Part shown: positions 51,160 to 60,770 of the stretch, in pieces | Position numbering within the stretch: position 1 is the first letter of the stretch | Layout: each line of letters opens with the position of its first letter | Source: an uncultured Proteiniphilum sp. | GTDB lineage: Bacteria; Bacteroidota; Bacteroidia; Bacteroidales; Dysgonomonadaceae | DNA length: 64,000 nucleotides | Assembly: GCA_964346415.1 (NCBI GenBank) | Contig: CAYFUQ010000005.1 | Span: 1,720 to 65,719, forward strand | Reading direction: 5' to 3' | The notes under the pieces: generated by a model | Seen by the model: only the letters and a program-made list of their open reading frames with translations | The model's database searches: none | What the model was told of the DNA's origin: nothing | Made by a program: the position numbers and the translations under genes

Positions 51160-52189
51160 ACTTCAATTGTGAATTTGTTTCGTAATCTTTTATTATACTT
51201 TCAATAATCTCTAATGTGTCTGCTCCATCGCTGAATGAGCATATGTTCTTCTCTGTTTTTCCCAATATTGAATCAACAAAATGATATAGTTGGCTTGTGA
51301 ATTCATTACCTCTCACATAAAATGGCACAGGTTTAAAAATATCGGTAATATATAGTGTATTCCAGCCTTTTCGGAGTTTGTGTTTTTCGTTTGGCTCATT
51401 TAAGAAGATTTTTAATGAATGTTGATCGGCTAAAATCCTGCCACCTAAGCCAAATATCTCAATCTTGTTTGTAGGCTTACGATAACTTGTGTCGCACCAA
51501 TTTACATATAGAGTGCCGATTATACCGTTGTTATACAGAAAAGTTGTAGATGCTGTGTCTTCCACTTCTTTCGAATGAATGCTGTTTAGAGCAGAACCCA
51601 CAACTTTGTCTGGTACGCCTACCAGGAAGTTAACCAGATTGATGGCATGCGATGCCATTTCAAAGAGAACTCCACCTCCGCCCTCACGTGTGGCTCGCCA
51701 GTTGGAACTATTTTCAGATTTTGTGAGCGTACTGCTAAACATTTCAGACTTGAATCTGATTACTTTGCCAATTAATCCTTCATTTATAAATTCCTGAGCC
51801 TTTATGAAAACTTGATTAAAACGGTTAACATAGCCTACCTGATTTGTCAGATTTGTATTGGCGCATAGTTGTGCCAGTTCAGATGCCTGATTGAATTTTG
51901 TTGTGAAAGGTTTTTCCACAAAGACATGTATACCCATTTCAATTGCTTTTTTTGTAATGATATAGTGAAGCACAGGTGGAGTGCAAACCAATACAGCATC
52001 TATTTGTGCTTTTTCAAACATATCGTTGTAATCCTTAAATGTCTTCACAGGCAAATACTTATCAATCATAGTCAGTATTAATCCTGAAGGATCGGCTACT
52101 GCTGTTATTTCGACGTCCGGACTGCTGTTAATAATGGAGTAATGGGTAATTCCCATTCGTCCTGCTCCAATAATCCCAAGTTTAATCAT
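51143..52189 (-). CDS. Gfo/Idh/MocA-family NAD(P)-dependent sugar oxidoreductase
   Basis: 348 aa. N-terminal Rossmann KLGIIGAGRMG, an EKP motif (VFVEKPF), and a typical C-terminal alpha/beta domain. Confidence 0.85.
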   Translation of the reverse strand: MIKLGIIGAGRMGITHYSIINSSPDVEITAVADPSGLILTMIDKYLPVKTFKDYNDMFEKAQIDAVLVCTPPVLHYIITKKAIEMGIHVFVEKPFTTKFNQASELAQLCANTNLTNQVGYVNRFNQVFIKAQEFINEGLIGKVIRFKSEMFSSTLTKSENSSNWRATREGGGGVLFEMASHAINLVNFLVGVPDKVVGSALNSIHSKEVEDTASTTFLYNNGIIGTLYVNWCDTSYRKPTNKIEIFGLGGRILADQHSLKIFLNEPNEKHKLRKGWNTLYITDIFKPVPFYVRGNEFTSQLYHFVDSILGKTEKNICSFSDGADTLEIIESIIKDYETNSQLKYEENR

Positions 52190-52193
52190 ACTC

Positions 52194-52934
52194 CTAGTCT
52201 TTTCTAATTCTTAAAATATTTAATACTAAATGTCCAAAAAACAAGAATACCATAGGGTATCTCTTCAGTATTTCAGGACGCTTAATCGTTCTTATCAACC
52301 ACAACAGATGTAGCTTTGCCCATATTGGATTGGGTTCCTCCATAGTTCCTGCATACCAGTCAAAAACCTGACCGATTGTTATAGTTACCGATGCGTTAAT
52401 CATGTCAAAATGTTTGTGAGCCCATTTCTCTTGTTTTGGAGCAGTCATACCAACACATAGCAGATGGGGCTCAAATGCATTTATTGCGTCTATCATTCCC
52501 TGGCTGTCTTCTTCTGAAAATTCTACTTTGTAGGGAGGTGAATAGGTGGCTACGGTTATATTAGGATAATCAATTGCTGCTCTTTCTCTTATTAAGTCTA
52601 AAACCTTATCACTGGAACCTAGGAAAAACACACGCCCTGATATCTCATTAGCTTTATTCATAAAACACCTAAAGTTGTCAAGTCCCTGTTGTTTTTTTAG
52701 TACTTTGCCTTTTAATAGTACTGCAGCCAAACCAAAGTACTCTCCATCCAGAGTCAGTACACCGGAGTTTTGCAGGGCTTCTTTAAAATCGTTATCTTTT
52801 GTGGCAATACCATATGAATTGGGGCTAATAGTGTTAACAAGAGTTTTGTCATTAAACGATACCTTACTAAGGTCATCATTTAACACGTTATATCCCATTA
52901 CACTTACAGTATTTATATTATTATTTATAGACAT
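52194..52934 (-). CDS. WecB/TagA/CpsF-family (GT26) glycosyltransferase
   Basis: 246 aa. Blocks VLTLDG, RVFFLGSS, and HLLCVGMTAPKQEKW are typical of GT26. Confidence 0.8.
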   Translation of the reverse strand: MSINNNINTVSVMGYNVLNDDLSKVSFNDKTLVNTISPNSYGIATKDNDFKEALQNSGVLTLDGEYFGLAAVLLKGKVLKKQQGLDNFRCFMNKANEISGRVFFLGSSDKVLDLIRERAAIDYPNITVATYSPPYKVEFSEEDSQGMIDAINAFEPHLLCVGMTAPKQEKWAHKHFDMINASVTITIGQVFDWYAGTMEEPNPIWAKLHLLWLIRTIKRPEILKRYPMVFLFFGHLVLNILRIRKD

Positions 52935-53037
52935 GTAATTGGTGTGTTAGCGTTTGTAATTATTTATTTAAATCTGGGAGTGACAAAGAACACGTTGCTT
53001 TTACCTAATCCCATTTTAATTATGTCATTCCTTTATT

Positions 53038-54105
53038 TTACTGTACAATTGTTTCTTTACTATCTTGGAAAGTGGGTTGCAACATTTTATTTAATAGTGA
53101 GTCTCCTCTTTTTACTCTTAAGCCAAACTCTTTCATAAGTTTGAATTTTATAAAATAAAGTGAGACCAAAAGAATTAGTGTGATTGCAAATACTTGCCAT
53201 CCTGCATTTGAATAAAATGCTATTAATAATGTGGAAATTAATACTTGAAGCAAAAAGTAACACAATGAAACAAGCCTGTGTGACATTCCCATTTCATTGA
53301 CCATAATTTGACAAAGATGTATGCGGTGGGCTATTGTTATGTTTTCTCCCAGATAAATACGATGCAAAATGGTAAGAATACTGTCAATCCCATATACCAT
53401 CAAAAAGCCAAGCCATATTAGACTTCCTGTTTTTAGGATTAGAGCCAGTAAAAGAGTTGCGATCCAAAATCCAATACTTATACTTCCTACGTCTCCTGCA
53501 AAACAACGTGCTTTGGCTCTGAAATTGTAGAAAAGAAATATGAATGATGCGATAATCGGGAACCAAATTAATTCAGGAGAAATAAAGCTGACAACATACA
53601 AGTTTACATATTGCAAAGAGCCAAGCACTGCAATATTGTATAGTCCCGTAATTCCATTAATTCCATCCATGAAGTTAAAGATGTTAACTATAGCAACAAA
53701 CATTATATACGAAAGAATAATACCCCATAATGGAAGTGTATTGAATATTCCAAGTGCCATGAATGCAAACGTTGTGGATATGAAGTGAACAATCATCCTT
53801 GTGAGTGCTTTAAGTCTTACTACATCATCCCAAAAGCTAACTATTGCAATTAGTGTTATGCCTATTATCAAAAATATTTTTTGAGGACCGGCAAAATAGA
53901 GAGATGCCAATACCATTGATAACCAGAAAATAATACCACCTCCGATTACAGTTACGGTTTTGTGTGAGCTCCGACCGTTTGGTACGTCAGAGATGTTGAG
54001 TTTGACTGCTATTCTCAAGTAAACTATTTCTGCAATAAAAAGCACAATAAATAATGCAGCGTACTTTAGTACGGTCATTATGTCTAAAAATAATAATTGT
54101 GTCAT
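53038..54105 (-). CDS. MraY/WecA-family polyprenyl-phosphate HexNAc-1-phosphate transferase (initiating enzyme)
   Basis: 355 aa with about 10 TM segments. Motifs PNGRSSHK, WDDVVRL, and NFMDGINGITG. Confidence 0.85.
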   Translation of the reverse strand: MTQLLFLDIMTVLKYAALFIVLFIAEIVYLRIAVKLNISDVPNGRSSHKTVTVIGGGIIFWLSMVLASLYFAGPQKIFLIIGITLIAIVSFWDDVVRLKALTRMIVHFISTTFAFMALGIFNTLPLWGIILSYIMFVAIVNIFNFMDGINGITGLYNIAVLGSLQYVNLYVVSFISPELIWFPIIASFIFLFYNFRAKARCFAGDVGSISIGFWIATLLLALILKTGSLIWLGFLMVYGIDSILTILHRIYLGENITIAHRIHLCQIMVNEMGMSHRLVSLCYFLLQVLISTLLIAFYSNAGWQVFAITLILLVSLYFIKFKLMKEFGLRVKRGDSLLNKMLQPTFQDSKETIVQ

Positions 54106-54210
54106 ATCTTGAATTTTTACGAGTTAATAATTTTAATCTGTGTATAATCCTTATGTCGATACCAAAAGCGCATTTTCATTATAATTCATTCAAGTACGTA
54201 AAATTTAAAA

Positions 54211-54237
54211 AATACTGCGTCTTATATAATACTGCGT
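54211..54237. repeat. Exact 10-nt direct repeat AATACTGCGT x2, 17-nt period
   Basis: Copies at 54211-54220 and 54228-54237, in the 144-nt gap between the fcl stop (54250) and the start of the WecA-like gene (54105). Confidence 0.6.
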
Positions 54238-54249
54238 GTGAACCAAAAT

Positions 54250-55332
54250 CTATGCTTTGTGTATATCCTCTAAGTACCACTTGTATAGTAGATTTATTCC
54301 TACATCAATTTCGATTCTGTTCTGCCATCCCAAAGCATTTAGCTTTGACACATCGGTTAGTTTTCTCATTGTGCCGTCAGGTTTGTTAGAGTCGAACTTA
54401 ATGTTACCATCATATCCAATGACCTCTGCAATAGAGCATGCAAGACTCTTTATGCTTACCTCTTTGCCTGTGCCAATATTAATGTGACAATTTCTTATCT
54501 CTTTCTTACCGTTGGTGAGGTCATGAAAGTTTACATTTTCCATAATAAAGACTGAGGCTTCGGCCATATCTTCACTCCATAAGAACTCTCTCATCGGTTT
54601 TCCTGAACCCCATAGTTCCACATGACTTGATGCGATGCCATATTGACCAAGGACACGTATAATAGTGTCAATGTCAGATTTTTCATTTAACCCATCAATA
54701 GGTCTTTTGGTTATATCTTTGCTAAGCGTGCTCCAACTGTTGTCGTGGAGGCATTTAGCAAGAAATATCTTCCTGATTAGAGCAGGGAGTACATGACTAT
54801 TCTCTAAGTCAAAGTTGTCATTTGGTCCATATAGATTTGTGGGCATTATAGAGATGAAGTTAGTTCCATATTGTAGGTTGAAGCTCTCACAGAGCTTTAT
54901 ACCCGCAATCTTGGCTATTGCATAGGGTTCATTGGTGTACTCTAGCGGTGATGTCAGAAGATAATCTTCTTTCATTGGCTGTGGAGCTTCCTTGGGATAT
55001 ATACATGTACTTCCCAGAAACAAAAGTTTTTTCACATTATGTCTGAAGCTTTCACCTATGACATTGTTTTGTATCTGTAGGTTTCTGAAAATGAAATCAG
55101 CACGATAGGTGTTGTTTGCAACTATTCCGCCTACATAAGCTGCAGCAAGAAATACATACTCCGGCTTTTCATCATAGAAAAAGTTTCTTACGAATGAACT
55201 CTCTGTTAAATCCAATTCTTTGTGAGTCCTGCCTACAAGGTTGGTGTAGCCCTTGGACTCGAGTTCTTTCCATATTGCAGAACCAACAAGCCCCTTGTGG
55301 CCGGCAACATATATTTTGCTGTCTTTATTCAT
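54250..55332 (-). CDS. fcl: GDP-L-fucose synthase (GDP-4-keto-6-deoxymannose 3,5-epimerase/4-reductase)
   Basis: 360 aa. [14 protein letters not shown] Rossmann, [15 protein letters not shown] (YxxxK), [12 protein letters not shown]. Follows gmd with an 8-nt overlap. Confidence 0.92.
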   Translation of the reverse strand: MNKDSKIYVAGHKGLVGSAIWKELESKGYTNLVGRTHKELDLTESSFVRNFFYDEKPEYVFLAAAYVGGIVANNTYRADFIFRNLQIQNNVIGESFRHNVKKLLFLGSTCIYPKEAPQPMKEDYLLTSPLEYTNEPYAIAKIAGIKLCESFNLQYGTNFISIMPTNLYGPNDNFDLENSHVLPALIRKIFLAKCLHDNSWSTLSKDITKRPIDGLNEKSDIDTIIRVLGQYGIASSHVELWGSGKPMREFLWSEDMAEASVFIMENVNFHDLTNGKKEIRNCHINIGTGKEVSIKSLACSIAEVIGYDGNIKFDSNKPDGTMRKLTDVSKLNALGWQNRIEIDVGINLLYKWYLEDIHKA

Positions 55333-56410
55333 TATCTATATCGTCTTTAAGTTTTAACTTTCGAACATACTTCATATCGTGTCTTACCATTATTTTGACA
55401 AGTTCTTCAAAAGAAGTTTTGGTTGGATTCCATCCTAAAAGCCTTTTTGCTTTACTTGGGTCGCCTCTTAGAAGCTCAACTTCTGTTGGCCTGAAATATT
55501 TAGGATCAACCTCTACCAATACTCTTCCGGTCAGTGTATCTATACCTTTTTCGTCAATTCCTTCACCTTCCCATCTCAATTTTATTCCTGCTTCCTTGAA
55601 TGCAAGCGTGCAAAATTCACGAACACTATGCATCTCTCCCGTAGCAATTATAAAATCTTCTGGTGTCTCGTGTTGCAATATTAACCACATACATTCCACA
55701 TAGTCCTTAGCATAGCCCCAGTCTCTCAATGCATTCATGTTGCCAAGGTATAGCTTGTCTTGCATGTTTTGAGCTATGCGGGCTGCTGCTATCGTGATTT
55801 TTCTGGTCACAAAGGTTTCTCCTCTTCGCTCACTTTCGTGATTGAATAATATTCCGTTTACTGCATACATGTTATAGGCCTCACGGTAGTTCTTTGTAAT
55901 CCAATATGCATATAGTTTCGCGACTCCGTAGGGGCTTCGAGGATAGAATGGAGTAGTCTCCTTTTGGGGAACTTCCTGCACCAGTCCGAAAAGTTCAGAT
56001 GTGGAGGCTTGATATATTTTTGTCGTTTTCTCCATCCCAAGAATCCTTACTGCTTCTAATAATCGTAAGGTACCAACAGCGTCAGTCTCGGCGGTATATT
56101 CGGGAACATCAAAGCTAACTTTAACATGGCTTTGTGCTGCCAAGTTGTATATCTCGTCGGGCTTGATAGTCTGAATTACTCTTATCAAAGAACTTGAGTC
56201 TGTCATATCTGCATAATGCAGATTTACCAATCGCTTTTGTCGCATGTCTCTCACCCATTCGTCAAGATATAGATGTTCAATCCTCTCTGTGTTGAACGAC
56301 GATGAGCGTCTGAGTAGTCCATGCACTTCATATCCTTTGTCAATAAGAAACTCCGCAAGATATGAGCCGTCTTGCCCGGTTATTCCTGTTATTAAAGCTA
56401 CTTTTGCCAT
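55325..56410 (-). CDS. gmd: GDP-mannose 4,6-dehydratase
   Basis: 361 aa. [54 protein letters not shown]. Confidence 0.96.
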   Translation of the reverse strand: MAKVALITGITGQDGSYLAEFLIDKGYEVHGLLRRSSSFNTERIEHLYLDEWVRDMRQKRLVNLHYADMTDSSSLIRVIQTIKPDEIYNLAAQSHVKVSFDVPEYTAETDAVGTLRLLEAVRILGMEKTTKIYQASTSELFGLVQEVPQKETTPFYPRSPYGVAKLYAYWITKNYREAYNMYAVNGILFNHESERRGETFVTRKITIAAARIAQNMQDKLYLGNMNALRDWGYAKDYVECMWLILQHETPEDFIIATGEMHSVREFCTLAFKEAGIKLRWEGEGIDEKGIDTLTGRVLVEVDPKYFRPTEVELLRGDPSKAKRLLGWNPTKTSFEELVKIMVRHDMKYVRKLKLKDDIDNE

Positions 56411-56484
56411 ATTATTGTTGTTTTTAATTGTTGTTGTCTAATCAATATTCTATTGTAATCAAGAGACTTTATGAGAGCAATTAA

Positions 56485-57420
56485 TCAGTTGGATATATTC
56501 CAGCTGAATGTGTATCTTAAAGATGTCTCACAGTTATGAATTTCCTTAAATCTAGTCAATCCGGAATTGGCATCTCCGTCTTGGCTTGAAGTACCAAAGT
56601 CAATATATTTATAATTCAAATCTTTATAGTAGTTGTATAAATTCAAATAAAGAAAATCGATTGTTCCAAGATCTCTCTTTTCTAAATCATCCCCCATAAA
56701 TATACCTTGTGCAATCTTGTCTTGTCCCCGGTATAAGACAGCAGCTCCAACACAGTTGCCATTATCTTCTCTCACTACGAAATAGTCAACAGGTATTGCT
56801 TCTTCAACATTTATTAGATCCTCAAAGCTCATATGGATTGGCCTATTTTGTCCGAGCCTGTTGTTTTTTATAAGTGTATATGCCTCTTGTTTTGAGTCAT
56901 TATCATTAGCAGTCTCAAAATATAGATTGTTTCTGAGTGCCCTTCGGCATCTGTTACCAACTTTAGCATATATCCAGGTTCCATCGAATTCATGAAGGTT
57001 TATCCAGTTAGTGATGTCCGGAGTTTGCATATCATATCCTGCCTTTATGAATGCGTTGATGAACTTAGCATTAGTATTCTTTTGATAAATATCAGGAGGA
57101 AGAGTTATGTTGATATCTTTATAATTGTTGCTAGTGACGTATGCTTTCAGATTTTCTACAAAGCTATAGATTGCTTCATAAGTTAGATATTCATGCGAGT
57201 AATGAAATCCTCCAAATGGCGCAGAGAAGGGTGAACTTAATGAACCTTCTCTTGAACCTAATATTAGTCCAATCGAATTGTCGTCTTCATCCATCAACCG
57301 TATTATTTGATCTGTATTCCCAAGTACCAATTCCAAAAAGTTTTCTGAAATATATGGATGAGGGTCAGATTGAAAGCGTCTTCTGTAGGTGTCTTTTGTA
57401 ACTTCTGTTAGCATTGTCAT
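56485..57420 (-). CDS. FemAB-like / tandem GNAT-fold acyl- or aminoacyl-transferase (putative)
   Basis: 311 aa. Two-lobed layout. The C-terminal part (CVGAAVLYRG...IDFLYLNLYNYYKDLNYKYIDFG....SGLTRFKE) resembles the FemAB-family/Acetyltransf_6 signature ending in G.yrFK. Called by eye only. Confidence 0.45.
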   Translation of the reverse strand: MTMLTEVTKDTYRRRFQSDPHPYISENFLELVLGNTDQIIRLMDEDDNSIGLILGSREGSLSSPFSAPFGGFHYSHEYLTYEAIYSFVENLKAYVTSNNYKDINITLPPDIYQKNTNAKFINAFIKAGYDMQTPDITNWINLHEFDGTWIYAKVGNRCRRALRNNLYFETANDNDSKQEAYTLIKNNRLGQNRPIHMSFEDLINVEEAIPVDYFVVREDNGNCVGAAVLYRGQDKIAQGIFMGDDLEKRDLGTIDFLYLNLYNYYKDLNYKYIDFGTSSQDGDANSGLTRFKEIHNCETSLRYTFSWNISN

Positions 57421-57438
57421 TTTTCTTTAAAGATTTAA

Positions 57439-58569
57439 TTACTTATGATTTAACTTACTCCACTCTTCATTGAACTCAGGAATGTGGTCTTTACGAAGTG
57501 GGAGGGTTGAATCCAAATTCACATTGTCAACTATTTCAAACCCATCTGCGAAGAGCTTGAATTTGTCAGCTGTGTCTTGTTTGTCTGTCGGATCGAAAAT
57601 CAACCCGTTGTCAGAGTTTATAATTGCTGTTGCTCCTGCAAGTTGTGAACATAATACTTTGAGTCCAAAAATCAGGGCTTCGTCAACGACTGCACCATAT
57701 GTTTCGGAAATACTTGGCAGAACAAGTCCTGATGCGCATAAATACCAGGGGTGTAGTTTTTCGCCATCGAATCTTCCAGGAAATATAACTTTGTCGGAGA
57801 TGTTGTTTTCTTCAATAATTGCGAGGAGATTTTCCTTTTCAGTTCCTTCTCCTACTAATACAAAAATCAAGTCCTCGGTTTCTTTTATAATGTTTGCAAC
57901 GTTTTCCAAGAATTGAGGTAAAGCCTTTTCAGGTGAGAACCGACCAACATATAAGAGCACTCTCTTTCCTTTTAATGAGAATTCTTCAATATATTGAGTT
58001 GCAAGAGTCTCCAAGTCATTTTTGTTCCTGCGTATATTATCCGGAATTTGAAGTAATGGCGCAACAATTGTTTGCTCAGGTGAAAACTTGAACTCCTGTT
58101 GATAGAACTGTGCAATTTCGTCTGACAGAAGCACAACAAAGTCTAACTTGCCAACTGTGCTGTCTCTTATTATTTTACGCAATTTAGAGCGACCTGTCAT
58201 ACATATATCAAGACTGTCATCAATCATTGAGCCTACTTTCTTCCTGACTAATCCGAATGCCTTTAGAAATAGCAGGTATTGTGTTGTCAGGGAATACTCA
58301 AAACTAATAATATAATCAGGATTTGTTTCTCTAACTTTCTTTAATATGCCCCATCTGAAATATCTGGATTTATATTTAGGCCCTTTTAGAAGGTACGAAA
58401 TCTTAAAGTTACATTTGCTTTTTAGATCATTCTGATTGTAGCTGAAATATGTCAGGTTATCTAACAAGAAAACTACCTCTAAGTCGAACAACTCATTCAT
58501 CAAATTGAATTGATCAATTCTATATGGAGCCAATGCTGAATGGAACACTAACATTTTATCTTTTTTCAT
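57439..58569 (-). CDS. GT4-family glycosyltransferase
   Basis: 376 aa. GRFSPEK motif and the EX7E motif ETYGAVVDEAL. Confidence 0.8.
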   Translation of the reverse strand: MKKDKMLVFHSALAPYRIDQFNLMNELFDLEVVFLLDNLTYFSYNQNDLKSKCNFKISYLLKGPKYKSRYFRWGILKKVRETNPDYIISFEYSLTTQYLLFLKAFGLVRKKVGSMIDDSLDICMTGRSKLRKIIRDSTVGKLDFVVLLSDEIAQFYQQEFKFSPEQTIVAPLLQIPDNIRRNKNDLETLATQYIEEFSLKGKRVLLYVGRFSPEKALPQFLENVANIIKETEDLIFVLVGEGTEKENLLAIIEENNISDKVIFPGRFDGEKLHPWYLCASGLVLPSISETYGAVVDEALIFGLKVLCSQLAGATAIINSDNGLIFDPTDKQDTADKFKLFADGFEIVDNVNLDSTLPLRKDHIPEFNEEWSKLNHK

Positions 58570-59447
58570 ATTGCTTCGGTTTTGTTTTTGTAATTATCCC
58601 ATAAGGATGGAAATAGAGTTTTTGCCCACAACATAACAAAGGAGTAAGGGAGAAATAAAGGGAAATGCCTTTTTATATAATAGAGATATTCATTATATGC
58701 CAAGCCTTTGGGGCTTTTCATATAAGCTATTCTTTCTTTTAGTGGCACAGAACTTGATTTCCATGAATTTCCATGATCGTAGCTACACACACCACAAATA
58801 TTTGGTGCAAGATATACAGGTATCCCTCTTTTATGAGCTTTGAGTGAATAGTCGTAATCTGCAATTCCATGAGTGTACTTCTCATCTAGAATGCCAATTT
58901 CGTAAACGACGCTATTGTCTACCCATAAAATATTAGCATTGGTAATTTCGCATCGTTGTGGAATGTCTTTTGGTACGAGCATATCAAAACGTACAATGAA
59001 ATGATTTATTCTGATTTTAGAACTGCCGTAAGAAACTTCATCAGATTCATTTTCAACCGTTGCTCCTGAATATATACCTTTCCTGTTTGTTTCTTTCAAA
59101 GCCATACTTTCTGCTTTCATTAGATTTGAAAAGAAATCTTTCTTTAATACGACATCGTCATTAAGCAAAAGAAAAGAATCATATTTATTGTGCTTTATTG
59201 CAGTTGTCCAGGCCAGCCTCATTCCACCAGACCAAAATAAGCTGCCATCCCCATTGATGATTTTCACTGTTGGATATCTGTTTGTCACAGCTTGAGCTGT
59301 GCCATCACTTGAGCCATCATCAGTGAGGAAAATGTCAAAATGGATGTGCTCCGGAAAATCAGCCTCAAAGAATGAAGCTAAACAAGCTAGCGTCTTAGCC
59401 TTCCTATTGTAGCACGTTAACAGGACTGCTGTTTTATGATTTTTCAT
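58566..59447 (-). CDS. GT2-family glycosyltransferase
   Basis: 293 aa. TAVLLTCYNR...FLTDDGSSDGT and LLLNDDV (DxD-like) motifs. 4-nt overlap with the downstream GT4. Confidence 0.85.
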   Translation of the reverse strand: MKNHKTAVLLTCYNRKAKTLACLASFFEADFPEHIHFDIFLTDDGSSDGTAQAVTNRYPTVKIINGDGSLFWSGGMRLAWTTAIKHNKYDSFLLLNDDVVLKKDFFSNLMKAESMALKETNRKGIYSGATVENESDEVSYGSSKIRINHFIVRFDMLVPKDIPQRCEITNANILWVDNSVVYEIGILDEKYTHGIADYDYSLKAHKRGIPVYLAPNICGVCSYDHGNSWKSSSVPLKERIAYMKSPKGLAYNEYLYYIKRHFPLFLPYSFVMLWAKTLFPSLWDNYKNKTEAI

Positions 59448-60750
59448 ACAATGATTTTTTTATTAAAAAGTTCTGAAAATGAATATATCTCATATCGAAT
59501 ATGCCCCTCGCCCATATCATAATTTCTTTGTCTGATCTTTTTCGAAAAGAGTCAGAAATGCATAGACCAATAATTATAAATATCATTAGATAATTAATTG
59601 AAAATGTGTTATAATCTTCAACCCAGCTCCACAACCACCTAAAGGAAAGATAAACACCCAATATTTTGGCGAAAATATTGTTGGACCTGTTGACTGCCAG
59701 ATATGCAGCTTGATAAAACATTAGGAAATATATTATTACCCCTACCAATCCGGTCCAAGTGAATACATTGGCAACCCCTATTTCATTAGTCAATCTCTCA
59801 TATCTGCCAGTCCATTCAAACTCTATCAATCCGAATGTCATAGAGTCATTACCCCGTGCTGGAGTTCTGCCAAATAAAATATAATCATTTCGCTTAGCCG
59901 ACTGAAGAACTTCTTCATATAGAAAAGTACGAGTGTCCTCTGTCATGCTCAACTCTTTTCGCTCTCCGTCCCAATCGTTTCCTACCACTGTAATGTCATT
60001 CTTTAGATAATCTTGAATTTTAAAAATATTGAAGAGACCTGTTACACCTAGAATCAGAAGTATAATGGGGGCAATAAAAAGTGTTATACGTACAGCTTCT
60101 AGCGTTTTAATTAATATTGTATTTCTTAAATAATAAAACATAAGCATCAGTATGGGAACTGTAAACTTCAGGATATTGCTTCTCGCTGCTGTATCCGAAA
60201 GAATTACCACAACTACAACTAGTAATAGTAACATTCTTTGCTTATTGGTTAGGGCCGGTATGAAAAGGAGTAGTAAACTCATAGGCATTAGGTAAAACCC
60301 CCATGCATCTGTGTTGATTATAAACGCAAATAAAATAAATAATGGGAGAACAAACTTTACGTAAAAGGACAGTAAGGTTTGTGTTAGAATCAAATTTGTA
60401 GCTGAATATGCAATGGCTGGTAACATTAAGATCATTGCATTACCAATAAGAGCTTTCCAATCCCAGTATATTTCTGCGGCAAAAGCTCCACGAATGATGC
60501 ATATTATATTCCATAAAAGATATAGTAGCACGAACACCATCCTTTTATTGTTGTTTTTGTCATAAAAGTATATTATAGAAACAAATATAGAGGTCAATAT
60601 AAGGGCAGAAATCATCCACCAAATTGCTGTATTTGCAAAAATTGAATCAAGCGTAATGTACTTTGTGTGCATTAAAATTGAATATATTGTAATGAAAAGT
60701 ATGGATCCTTTCAGTGCCTTAATCGTTATTTTCTTATATTCTGTCTTCAT
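59434..60750 (-). CDS. wzy: Polytopic membrane protein, probable O-antigen/capsule repeat-unit polymerase (Wzy-like)
   Basis: 438 aa with at least 10 hydrophobic segments and one larger hydrophilic loop (VGNDWDGERKEL...GRTPARGND). Embedded among glycosyltransferases next to a Wzx-like gene. No diagnostic motif was seen. Confidence 0.55.
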   Translation of the reverse strand: MKTEYKKITIKALKGSILFITIYSILMHTKYITLDSIFANTAIWWMISALILTSIFVSIIYFYDKNNNKRMVFVLLYLLWNIICIIRGAFAAEIYWDWKALIGNAMILMLPAIAYSATNLILTQTLLSFYVKFVLPLFILFAFIINTDAWGFYLMPMSLLLLFIPALTNKQRMLLLLVVVVVILSDTAARSNILKFTVPILMLMFYYLRNTILIKTLEAVRITLFIAPIILLILGVTGLFNIFKIQDYLKNDITVVGNDWDGERKELSMTEDTRTFLYEEVLQSAKRNDYILFGRTPARGNDSMTFGLIEFEWTGRYERLTNEIGVANVFTWTGLVGVIIYFLMFYQAAYLAVNRSNNIFAKILGVYLSFRWLWSWVEDYNTFSINYLMIFIIIGLCISDSFRKRSDKEIMIWARGIFDMRYIHFQNFLIKKSLYEKS

Positions 60751-60770
60751 TTCGTTCTATATAAATTATC

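Noticed and set aside
55116-55703. 195-aa plus-strand ORF spanning the fcl/gmd junction
   Set aside because: It is antisense to two highly conserved genes. The Ser/Leu/Pro-rich sequence looks like junk, and no start context or homologue is recognisable.
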